A model generated the notes under the pieces. It was given only the letters and a program-made list of their open reading frames with translations, had not been told where the DNA came from and ran no database searches. Shown here piece by piece: positions 13,501 to 25,506 of a DNA stretch of 64,000 nt (within the stretch, counting starts at the first letter, position 1; each line of letters opens with the position of its first letter). The stretch comes from Haliotis rufescens. Taxonomy: Eukaryota. The translations under genes were made by a program, and so were the position numbers. The stretch covers positions 38,750,001 through 38,814,000 of the forward strand of contig NW_025964223.1 of the NCBI RefSeq assembly GCF_023055435.1. The letters run 5' to 3'.

Positions 13501-16500
13501 TATGATGCGCTGATCATATATCAACCACTGGTGCGGCTGTACACCACGTATATACTATTTTTCTAAATTACCTAGTTTGGTAGCAAGGTAAATATGCCCC
13601 TAATTGGTCATATTGTTGTACTTTGGTTATTAGAGTTAAGATTATAGTCTTAAAGATCATTGCTAACGCTATCACGTCACCCTTTTTCTTTTAAAAACCC
13701 ATGCTCGGTGAGTAAACAAAACGCCTGAAAACCCCACATCGAAATTTGTACATCTCCGTTATCACAGGAATCAACCAGTGCGTCTCTGTCTTCTCCCCAG
13801 CCATCCATTACGCGGTGACCTCCCCAGAATCTTGGGGTTGAATTATCGCTTTATTTCAAAATGACGTTCTTGTGTATTGACATAATAGTGCCATGACGTC
13901 ATATTTGAATGTGCCAAGCGTACTTCATGGTTCTTACAGCTACCGTAATCTTTGCGGTAAGTTTTCTCTTTCAGACGCTGCAAAACGTTACTCGTTTTGT
14001 AATCAGTAGGCCTATGCAGGCAGTGTGACATTAGCAATAAAGAGATCTTCATTCCAAGTTAAAATCGAATTAAGGCATTAATAAATTATCACCATCTGAC
14101 TTCCATGTATAGGTGGGTATTTTCTCAAGATTGTAATATCTACTAGAGGCCACCAGGCATATATATATTGTCTCGGGAAGATGCCGAACAAGGGATGAGA
14201 CCTGTTACATACATGTTTGTCCTCTATCTGTTTTGAAAGAAACTACACAGGCTTTGACAAGTAGCATGTCATCCCTTACCTCAACAGATACCAATCCGGT
14301 ACCGGCAGCTACATCCAGGATCCTGATATTCCCTCGGTTGCTAGGATACTGGCATGCCACGCTCTCACCCATCCATTGAGGCCCGGTCCAACGGATTGTA
14401 ATCTGTACCTTAAAACATAGTTACGTCCATGCATTTCAAAGAGGGGAAATATATGTCATTATACATGTACCCCTCCCTATCTGAGACTACGGAACACATA
14501 TGACATCAAGTTGAAATAACTACGTCTTTGAAAGAATCAATGACCAAGAAACAACATATTACTGAAACAATACAATAACTATGTTTCTTAAACTGTCTGA
14601 GAATCCCCAAGAAAAAGCCTGAACGCAGTGCAGACCAGCAACCCACTCTACATCATCTTAGCGTGGGTCATTATGAAACTGTCATGGTGTCAAGTACAAT
14701 ATTACTTTTAATCAATTTTGATGAAAATTCATTGATATTTTTACAATGCATACTTTTTATCTCTCCATTTCACTCTTATTTTTGTTTTGGTCGTGGTATC
14801 CTCACCATGCAAGTCTGTTACCTTGTCCCCACAGTATGGGTATTATGTCTTACTTACACAGTCTAATTCTACACATTGTACACTGCCTAATGCTTTTGTA
14901 CCTACTATGTGGATAGCGGGAGTGGAATGAAAGCATTATTGTGTAACATTGCTGGTTCAGCTAGAGTGAGTGAGTGAGTGAGTGAGTTGGGTTTAACGCC
15001 GCAGTATTCCAGTCATATCGCGGCGTGTCAGCTTAATGTGGGAGGAAAGCCCGAAGTGATGCAGGTCTCAAACGGGTATGGTGCTGACAAACCTAGAAAC
15101 ATAACCGGGGTGAACCGGGATTCGAACCCACATTCATAGGTTTCTGGCGTGCCCAAGGGACGCAACTCTGCACAGCGAATCGCGGCGCCTCAGACGACTG
15201 GGCCACCCGTTCCCCCTTGGTCCAGCTAGAAATATTACTAGTTTGTGATGTAACTAATTCATTTACGCAAGGAACACGTCCCATTTTAATTCTGGAAACC
15301 CATTTGTCCAGAAACTCTTAATGCTGTGGCCAGTCTCGGTCAAAGATATTTCCAAAATTCAACTTGCTGTTTTCATGGGTACATACTTAAGAAGAAAAAA
15401 TGAAGGAAAAAAGTTTCGAAAACTAAAAATGTAAACTATGTCGCCCATGGGCGAGAATATTCCCCTTTGCTCAAAACTCATGTTATTGGTTTGCAAATGC
15501 ATAAAGGTGTTTCTAAAAGTATAATGACACATAATACTTTTAGTTTTAACTTAATCCAACTAATTTGTGGCGCTATTAAAATATTTCACCCATTGCAGGC
15601 TCATTGGCGAGAATATTTTCCTTTGCTCAAAAATCTTGGGCGAAAAAGTTGGAGATTTATAGGTAGAGTTTTGTCCCGGACTTGTCCTGGATTGCTGACC
15701 AGATCCTGGACCAGCACAAGGACCACCTCGCGTATTGACACCAGTCTTGGGAAGCTGTACACCAGTGCACGCCCATCGCTAGTCATGGTACAGTACATGG
15801 GTCAGGATGGGTTCGAACATGATATCCACAGTTACCAGGACCTCTTTGACTTCCTGGTGGATTGTGATATCAAGACAAGCCTAGGGTTCATCTCCGACAC
15901 AACAGACTGTACCAGCCCATCAGCAATGAGGAAGAGAGCACAGCCAGGAAGCTCCTGGTCGGCCTACTTTCCAAGTCGCTCCCAGGGTTCTTGTCTAACA
16001 CACATTCGCCAGCCGACGCCGTGCCTTCAACCGGTTGACCCAAACCCCCACCAACCCAAGCCCACCTTTGGCCTAAAGTCTGTTTTGTAGATTAGAGTTT
16101 TTAAGGAATTTAGATATCTGTGCGTATATGGCTGTTGTATTTGTTGGTTGTAATAATAGGGTGTTGTTGTTTTTGTATTGTGGGGGAGGGATTGATACAG
16201 TTGTAGGTGATGTTGTTTGTATTGGAGACATTGGTTGAATATGTGGTCTTCTGTAGTGTTGCAATTTGTGCAGTTTGAATGTGGATGTCTGTTTTGACTA
16301 TACAATTTTGCATTTAATTTGAATTGGCCGCTATGGATTTTATTTATTACTTTATCTGAAAAGACCGACCTGGTAAAATTGCGGCATTTTGTAACTGGCT
16401 TATTGAAAAGGGACTTTATCCATGTGGAATTACAATTTTGAATATTAATTTGGAAATCTTGACTTTTTATGGGGTTTTTTTTTTTGATAGAAAGAACGGA

Positions 16501-19500
16501 ATTCCCCAATGTAATATAGCACAGTACTTATAGCACATTTGAGATTATACTCAGGTTATGGAGAAGTGTAATCTATATAACGTGTTCTTATTCTACCAAA
16601 CAATGTATTTAATGAAAATAATGCAAAATAGGCTCAACGGTTGAAATGTGTTTTTTTTATCAATCTTCACTGAGTTTCCTATATTCTATATTATTGAAAA
16701 AAAAGAAGTCTTTGCTAATAAAACACCCGCGGATGTAGATGTGTGGATGTGTGTTTTTTTATTTGCGTTTTATTAGTTTTGATTAGTGGTGGTTTAATTT
16801 TTGTAGGTGATTATATGCGGCCTAGTAGTTCAGTTTAAATAAGGAATATGCCTAATGCCTTGAAGGTTTGTGTATTGTTTAGCGGATTTAGAAGTGTTGC
16901 TACTGTTAGTTGAGTGTTGCAGTCTAGTTTGGTTTGGAGTGTTGTTCTGTGTTGTTTGTAGTGTGTGCAGTGTAGTAGTACATGTTCTGGTGTTTCTAGT
17001 TGGCTGCAGTGTGGGCATTTACCTGTTTTGTGTTTCTTTATTTTATGTAAACATGAGTCTAGTTTTGTGTGACCTGTTTGCAGTTTAATTATTACCCTGT
17101 CATTATGTTTGGATACTTGAGTTGCTTTTGGAGCATATGTTTTAGTTTGCAGTTTGAGTTTTGGTACTTATTTTGCCACTTTTTGAAAAATAATCCCTCA
17201 GTGACGCTCTTTATTTCGTTTTTGGACATTGGTAAGTTAAGGCTTACTACTGGTAGTTTGGGGATGCTTTGGCTGCTTTGTCAGCGTGTTCGTTTCCGAA
17301 CACTCCAACGTGGGGAGGGATCCATAAGAATTCTATTTGCTTGCCTAGTTTACTGAGTTGGTTGGAGTCTTTAAGTACTTGGTGTATTAGTTAAAGGCGA
17401 TTCCTTGTGTTTTTGCTTTTAATAACTGCTTTGAGAGGCATTTAGAAATTGGAGTACTAAGTAAGGATGAGATATATGGATGAACAACTTCTTTATTACA
17501 ATTAGGAGCGACGTTTCGGTGTAGGCTCTAACACCGTTATCAAGCTAGTGATGTACAGAGAATGGTTGACAAGTATATATACGGGAGGCAGTGTTTATAC
17601 AGTGGAGTAGATTTAAGATGCAGTTACAACTGAAGTAGAGAAGCCTGTCATGTACACAGACGGGTAAAACATATTGGCCGGTGAAGCATGTACTATAAAC
17701 AAAAAGGATGAAGCCAGTAATATAAACAACAACTTGCTTATGACTGATGCCTCCCTGTCTTTCAAAATATTAATTCGTCAACAGATTGCCGTATATCATA
17801 CACAGTCCTCTTATTTGATAAAAACAGAAAGTAATTATAAGATAACTAGAAGATCAACTGGACCCTTATATCAGCTGGCGGTCCTGTTTAGTAGTAAGTA
17901 TAGTAATGAATAAAACTTGATAAGTCAAAGTTACTTGGGGTGTCTCCGATAGATAAGATTTTCAGTTTATTGACAACTTTGAGTAATGGGAATTACGAAC
18001 ATGTAGTCACACTTTCTCTAATGTATCTGCTAATCAGAAATTTCAGTTGTCATGTAACATCGCTGTTACTCAAATCTGGTAGTTTTTTTTATCGGGTATG
18101 ATAGTTGATTCGTCTAGTCGTTCAATCATTCTTACCCGATCGAATGATTGGCACATTCCGGCAGAGAGTTTATTTTTGTATTTTATCATATACATGTATT
18201 GTTAATTGTAGTAGATACTTACATAACTGTATCTTAGAACGCAGAACTGATAACACCCAAACATGTAACTAGTACACAGAGAATTGTTACATATCATTTC
18301 CTGTATATTCCTTTTTGAACAAAGGGCCCAGATATATGCTGTAATCGGTGCAACTGTGTCCACATATACAGTCTCAGCTGGCTAACGTCACATTTTCCAT
18401 CAAGTCAGCTCTATTTCTGAAGCATAATTTAATTTCCGAGGACAGTTTGAGTGAAAGGAATAAAAAAGAAATTCGTTTAATAATCATATTTAACAAACCT
18501 ACATGTATTTGACCAAATTCAAACACTTACACACCCGTTGTACATTTATTTCCTTTGGGCCTGGACCATTACAGTGTACATGTACATAACTTTTAACTGT
18601 ATACTATATATTCATGATTATCAATAAAAAATATTCTCGTGCCATTATTCTCGTTCCTAATAACAATGAGCACATTCTGAGTCTAAATCTGCAAGATTAC
18701 AAACAAAATCGAGACCGAAAAGGGGTGTTGGATCGTAAAGACGTGTAATACCCCGTTTACATGCACAACATTTACTACCGTAAATAATTTTACACAGGTG
18801 TAACTATACATACGTGCGTATATGTAAATTTACTATGCGTTCACATGAAATTGTGTAAGGCACACATATTCGTCAGTCTGTTCACGACTTTCAACACAAA
18901 ACAGGTTGTTTTCCAATCAAAGTGGCATGAGAAGAGAGTTACTGCACCGAAATTTTTCGCGTGAAGCAACGTGTGATTGATTTAATTTGAAGATCATCCT
19001 CTTACGTTGACATAAACGTTCACATTGCAATATTTACACACAGTGCAAATTTACATTTTACATTTGCACCTGCTCCAGACATGATGCAAATTTGCTCCTT
19101 GTGTAAATATACACACATGAGTAAACGTGTTCACATGACAAGTATACTCACGTATGTCTTTATACATACGTGTGCACATATACACACACATATATAGAGG
19201 CGCATGTGAACGGGTTTTTCGTTTCCCTAAGACCGAAAAGGAGAGAGTTGGATCGTGAAGCGAGTGTCATTGGAGCGTGAGCCACGGTAACGGTATAGCG
19301 AGACAGCGATCGTACTATAGCGCAGTAATTGCGCGGATGGTAGAGTTCGGGCTGCCCTCGGTAAACTGCATTGTTGCCACAAAATCCTTCTTTGTGTAAT
19401 GCAAACGATACGAACATTGATAACGGGTGATAAAAAAGACTATGTTTGAATAATCTTTATGTAATTTATCATTTGTTCTCGTTCAATATATTGTACTTAA

Positions 19501-21772
19501 CATTTGAAGTCATTTTAAAGTTTCAAGGAGTACTGTAAAGTAAAAACAGTCACCATATGGGATGTACATGTATAACTTGTCTTCCAATAACGTGGGTCAA
19601 AAAAATAATTGGTCCCTAAAAGTTTCGCAGATACTCCACAGTAGCTCCGATGTGGGTTTATGTAGCTACGCAGAAATTTGACAAACATTCTGCGAAGTCA
19701 CAGCTTAGCCACGTAAAAGTTTTACCCCAAAAATTGGTAAAAGACTTTTGCGCTGTAGCGTACCTAGTGTGACCCTCCACAAAACGTTTCCGCCATATGA
19801 GTTGATTTATAAGGCCCTGCTGATGATGCAAACAACGAGTAGAAAAGATAAAAAAACATTTAGTGCACATTAAAACCATAAAATTTCGACATCGACGTAG
19901 ATGATTTCGACTGTAGCATGAGTAACTTAGCAATGAATTGCAATTAGGTCATCACTGTGGAGTAACCAATCATTGACCTGGAATTCGATATCACAATATC
20001 TTTGATACCATTTATCTTAAATAGTTTCTCGCCCAAAAGTATATAAGAACAGAGAATGTCACATAGCGTCCTTTGGTATCAAATATATGAACTCAAGTTG
20101 ATTAAAGTAGCAAACATCTGAGGAGCCTTTCTACTTTGGTCATGGTGTGTTGGTATATTTGATATAATGAATACATGAGGGTGATGTTGTATTTATTATC
20201 CCTTTATCATTAAGAATCAATAAATAAAAAATCGGTATAAATAGATGAATGCGTTGACATTTGAGACCATTTCGAAATTATTTAGGCTCATCATGCCTAA
20301 CAATTTCAAAAGCATTAATTTTCTTTATTCATCTCTAACTTTTTCGGCAACGCTTTTTCTTTGTTACTGTTCGATACATATGAGAAATCACTACCAAGAT
20401 ATCATATGTTAGTGCGTACATAAATTAAATAAAAGGCAAAGTTGAACGAAAGGCCTTTATTTTGCTCCCATGGTAAATTGCTAAAATTATTGGGGACATA
20501 CATTGATATGTATGTACGTGTGTCATTGAAAACCTTGTTTGCTAAGATATGCATACAGTTAATCTTGAATTTCTATAACCATAAATAGTTGAACAATGTT
20601 AAATTTATTTGAAATATGTGTCATGATACATTTAGTTCAACATCTGTGCCTTTTCCTGAACCAGGAAAGGAGCTAAATTTTGAGCCAAGGAATATATTTC
20701 CTGGGCCATGCACCAAACATTTTATCCCACGAGTCAAGCATTTTAATAACGGTAAACATTGGCTGAATTAAGTTTAGGAAATAAGTTGCAAAATGATTCA
20801 GGATAATTGTAGACACAAACTTATGTATTTGCAATACAAGCGAGAAAATTCACTTCGATATTCCTAAAGAGTTGTTTGTGCGATTCCGACCATATGATGG
20901 ACGTGTGTTCATGAATCACTGTCAAATAGTGAGGATAACTTGAACTTTGAGCAAATGAATTAGTGTCATGATACTTGTTGACACACCTATATGTATTTGC
21001 AAATAAAAAAATTCAGTTTTGTTCAAATGAAACTTTGATCGCCCCTGAGCCAAACGTGTTTGCTCATGGGCAAAATATTTTAATAAGGCTTTTAATTACT
21101 TGGATTAAGTTTAAAATGAATTGAATTATGTGTCATTGTAGAAACACTTTTATATATTTCCAAACCCAAAACATGAGTTTTATGAAAGGAAAATATTCTG
21201 GCCCATGGACCTGCTTGTGATGATGACTTCTGAGAGCTTGTGATGGCACGGCACTGGTTCATTCAGTAATATTATAAAACACAAAAGTGAAAAAAATGCT
21301 TCATTTCGTTATGTCATCAAACGCAAAAGTGAAAAAAACCTATTTTATTCAGTAATATTATCAAAATGCATTAGTTATAGCAATGTTCCATTTTGTAATA
21401 TTATCAAATGCATTAATGACAGAACTGTTTCATTTAGTAATATTACCAAATGTATATGTGGTCGTCGTGTTTCATTTAGTTATATTATCAAACGCATAAA
21501 TGACAGCACTGTTTCAGTCAGTAATATTATCAAAAGAATAAATCATAACATTGTTTCTTTTAATTACTAAATATCTATCCAATTCACTCCCGCAACTCAA
21601 CACTGATGAACACATTTGGTACTGAAAGTTAGTGTATTACCTCATCGTATTCTTCACTTATCTTGTCAAATCTCTGGATAATAGTTGCGTTATCTATTCC
21701 CCTCTCTGTCGTGAAGTTCAAGACACGATCAATTGTCTCCTCTTCTTCTTTCGAATAGCATGTTTCCGTCAT
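6709..21772 (-). CDS. METTL27/WBSCR27-like class I SAM-dependent methyltransferase, 221 aa; coding exons 21772-21641, 14408-14280, 13359-13224, 11421-11323, 6878-6709
   Basis: All four introns are GT-AG with consistent phases (0,0,1,1); total 666 nt, open. Protein: MTETCYSKEEEETIDRVLNFTTERGIDNATIIQRFDKISEEYDE/VQITIRWTGPQWMGESVACQYPSNRGNIRILDVAAGTGLVSVE/LRKHGFVHIDGLEPAERMLEQAKKKNLYERYICDMLGDNTLDIAD/DTYTAVTMSGLSREIMKKLPVKALEELARVTKPG/GHVMMNSY...LHIYTVL*. Motif I (ILDVAAGTG), post-I (IDGLE) and ELARVTKPGG fit the METTL27 family. An acceptor before 21799 implies an unlocated upstream exon, so the start codon is provisional. Confidence 0.9.
6959..7210 (-). mobile_element. SINE-like repeat in the last intron of the methyltransferase gene
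   Basis: Reverse complement of the 4582-4848 family. Confidence 0.75.
7350..11180. repeat. CA-rich degenerate minisatellite (acaacaccaacacacacattactaacacaa-like), within an about 2-kb tandem duplication (about 7154-9120 and 9121-11228)
   Basis: Identical unique blocks at 7154-7298 and 9121-9267, and identical end blocks with a poly-C tract (about 8700-9125 and 10810-11228). Confidence 0.9.
12536..13235. repeat. 17-bp minisatellite (tctcaccatcagctata), about 20 copies, interrupted by a SINE
   Basis: Directly visible. On the minus strand the unit equals the junction between the third coding exon and its downstream intron in the methyltransferase gene. Confidence 0.9.
12727..13081 (+). mobile_element. 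tRNA-derived SINE (MetaSINE-like core) inserted in the minisatellite
   Basis: A box tggtctagtgg, B box ggttcgatcc, core cataccaaaagac...cctgcctggcgctcggcattaaggg, tail gcgacgttaaacccc...cacctcacct. Confidence 0.8.
14965..15216 (-). mobile_element. tRNA-derived SINE
   Basis: On the minus strand: A-box-like tggcccagtcg, B box ggttcgaatccc, (ACTC)n tail. Confidence 0.75.
16050..17450 (-). mobile_element. Degenerate 3' part of an RNase H-bearing non-LTR retrotransposon (I-group-like)
   Basis: Minus strand encodes IEFLWIPPHVGVFGNEHADKAAK (RNase H motif, about 17265-17335) and a C-terminal CxxC...HxxxxC (CTNCNTTEDHIFNQC). Confidence 0.7.
17462..17600 (-). mobile_element. Penelope-like terminal-repeat fragment containing a minimal hammerhead-like motif
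   Basis: Minus strand: tatatata ... agc-ttgataa-c-ggtgt-tagagcct-acacc-gaaac-gtc-gct ... aataaa. Confidence 0.5.
18751..19214. mobile_element. Non-autonomous TIR element (MITE-like)
   Basis: Terminal inverted repeats cccgtttacatgc / gcatgtgaacggg; internal repeated cacatg motifs. Confidence 0.55.
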
Positions 21773-22344
21773 ATTGAATGTATGTAATAATCCCTGGGAC
21801 TGGAAAATAAATATCACGATAATTATGAGACCATAGACTAGACTTTCTTGTTCTTCTTTTTCTATGGTACTTGCACTGTAGTATGTCAATGTTAATGAGT
21901 CTTGTATAATGTTATGCACCTAAAGAATAATAACTTTTTGAGGCCTACACCAAAGCCTCGTATATACATGTACATGCACTGCATAATCAATTTCATAGAA
22001 CAAATGCATGAGCAGGCACAGACAATAGATAAGGAGCTCTTCACCCTTACACGCTACATCACTACAGGATCACTACACGGAGAACCCTTTTTACCACAGC
22101 AGAATATGTACTGCAGACAAACAGAATATAGGTCACATAATACAGTATATATACCACAGTTGTAGAATACGGAATCACTATAAACCAACTTATTCACCAG
22201 AATACAGTACATATACTTAAGACACATAATCCAGTATATTTACTACAGATACCAATTACAATATATTTATTTATATACATGCAGAATACCGTATATATAC
22301 TGCATAGAATAGTATAGAATATAGGGTCATTATATGCCTACACC

Positions 22345-23754
22345 TTCCCCACAGCGCAAGATATACTACAGACACAAAATACAGTATATCTGCTACAGAC
22401 ACAGAATACATGATCCCCACAGCGCAGGATATACTACAGACACACAATACAGTATATCTGCTACAGACACAGAATACATAATCCCCACAGCGCAGGATAT
22501 ACTACAGACACACAATACAGTATATCTGCTACAGACACAGAATACATGATCCCCACAGCGCAGGATACACTACAGACACACAATACAGTATATCTGCTAC
22601 AGACACAGAATACATGATCCCCACAGCGCAGGATACACTACAGACACACAATACAGTATATCTGCTACAGACACAGAATACATGATCCCCACAGCGCAGG
22701 ATACACTACAGACACACAATACAGTATATCTGCTACAGACACAGAATACATGATCCCCAAAGCGCAGGATATACTACAAACATCGAATACAGGATCTCAA
22801 CGAGGCAGGATATACTACAGACACAGACTACAGTATACACACTACAGACACACAATACAGTATACACACTACAGACACACAATACATGATATATACTACA
22901 GACACACACTACAGGATATATACTACAGACACAGACTACAGTATACACAATACAGTATACACACTACAGACACACAATACAGTATACACACTACAGACAC
23001 ACAATACAGTATACACACTACAGACACACAATACAGTATACACACTACAGATACAAAATGCAGGATATATACAACAGACACAGAATACAGTATACACACT
23101 ACAGACACACAATACAGGATATATACTACAGACACATACTACAGGATATCTACTACAGGCACAGAATAGAGTATATGTACTATATGTACTATATGCACGC
23201 ACTACAGGATATATAATATAGACACACAATACAGGATAAATACTACAGACACGGAATACAGTATGCACACTACAGGATATATACTACAGATAAAATACAG
23301 TATATATACTACAGACACACAATACAGGATATATACTACAGACACAGAATACATGATCCCCACAGCGCAGGATACACTACAGACACACAATACAGTATAT
23401 CTGCTACAGACACAGAATACATGATCCCCACAGCGCAGGATACACTACAGACACACAATACAGTATATCTGCTACAGACACAGAATACATGATCCCCAAA
23501 GCGCAGGATATACTACAAACATCGAATACAGGATCTCAACAAGGCAGGATATACTACAGACACAGACTACAGTATACACACTACAGACACACAATACAGT
23601 ATACACACTACAGACACACAATACATGATATATACTACAGACACACACTACAGGATATATACTACAGACACAGACTACAGTATACACACTACAGACACAC
23701 AATACAGTATACACACTACAGACACACAATACAGTATACACACTACAGACACAC
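22345..23754. repeat. Minisatellite (27-bp actacagacacacaatacagtatacac and 68-bp higher-order units); resumes at 29165-29350 after the LINE insertion
   Basis: Directly visible; the 68-bp period runs from 22413 to 22481. Confidence 0.9.
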
Positions 23755-24027
23755 AGATAGCAGGATGCGCATGCGTCAGAACAGCAAGTCGCTGAAAAGT
23801 CTTCTCTACCAAAATCATCTTATATCTGTATCATTATCAGATATTGTGACGCAAAAGTCATGTAAGGTGATTAAGATGATACCTACAATGAACTCATGTT
23901 AGTGAATCATGAAGATGATTTTGGGTTTTGCTTAAAATCAAGTGTCCAAAATGTGTAGAAATGTGAAGGAGAATCTACACAAGTGGACCAGTGCTGATTG
24001 ACTGAGCGTCCGATTAATCAACAAACA

Positions 24028-25506
24028 ATGGGCAGCCCAAGCAGAGTCAGTGAAGCATTGAGTAGCTCGGTCAGCGAGGAAGATGACCTTCGATACGCTA
24101 CACAACGTGTGGATGACATAGACAATGACATTTTCAATGAAATACACTGACGCCTTGGACAACTAGATCGAATTTCTTTTTAAACTGAACTTTTGGACAT
24201 ATACAATGATGATGAAGAAAAACTAAACGAAGTGAGACAAAGTCTTTATGACGTAGCCAAGGATACTCGACACGATACCCCAAATGGATATCTACCAAAA
24301 CGTGTACAAAGAGAACATTCCAGGAAGTCTGTAATTGAGAAATATGCGTCTGATATATATTGCCTATATGGTTTTATTACACAGACAATCCCCTCTCATA
24401 TACTGGAAAAACAAGTGCTCAGCAAAGGCAAATCAAACGCACGTCCCACCAACGTACCAGGAGATAGTTTACTGGATACACAAAGAGGTAATGATCTTTT
24501 GACCCTAATCTATGCAAAAATGATGGAAATGCGGGATTCTGCGAGCGAACATAATGCCAGTCTGGACAGAAGAATTGAAGAACTACACAGCAAATTCGAC
24601 AATGAACTCAGGAATATGAAGCGGACCATCGAAGAGAAGAACAGCGACCTAATAACAGCGTCAAGGGAGATAGAAAGGTCTAAAAACGTAGAGCTCAAGC
24701 TACGTGGAGACGTACGGATACTAGTCTCTCAACTATGTGAGAAAGATTCACGGATACACCACCTTGAAAGTGATCTGAAAGACAATATTAGTAACCTAAC
24801 GCGAAAAACCAATGCTATAGACGGCAAAATAGACATAGTAAACACTCGCAACAAGCTTATGTACTCTGAGGCAGTTAGAAGCCCCCCGCTGCTCAGAACT
24901 GTGAGCTCCAGCGCACAACCAGGACATGAGGCTGACAGTGTTCTGACCAGAACAGCAGAGACCAACAAAACAAAAACTCCAAGTGTTGTGGACATTACTA
25001 TTAACCACGAGAGGAATACTATTGGAGACAACACCGAGAACGACGAGGGCGGCGACAGTGACACTATATGTACAAGTCCTACTCAACATGACAGAGTCAG
25101 CGATGACCATATCAGGGATGTTGGATATGATGACGTTAGCCATAAACAACACGAAGACAATGCTCAGAGATCTGTGAGATTCGACTGTGAATGGTCCAGA
25201 GCTTTTAGAGGTGTTTCACCAAAATTTAAAACAAAAAGATTTGTGCTATCGTATGTTAGAGCGGATAAACCACTAAAGACAGTGCAAGATGCCATATGTG
25301 AATATGCTAAACAACGTGGTGTCCATGTGAGTTACGTTCGTTTGCTGAGGCACTGGGAAGGCTACAATCCCACCTACACACTGAGAGTGAACATTGACAG
25401 TAGGACAGCAGAACAAGTTAGTGAGAATGAAGATTTCTGGCCGCCAAATGTAAGATGTCGGGAATGGATACCACAGTCACACAGAAACAGCAATGGCGCA
25501 CGCTAA
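24028..25506 (+). pseudogene. LINE ORF1 (coiled coil plus C-terminal RRM-like domain ending FWPPNVRCREW) with two early in-frame stops
   Basis: ATG at 24028 is in frame with the 437-aa ORF; a TGA and a TAA lie before 24193. Confidence 0.75.

Noticed and set aside
15467-16090. 207-aa plus-strand ORF
   Set aside because: Non-ATG start and no recognisable domain; it lies among intronic repeat fragments, antisense to the host gene.
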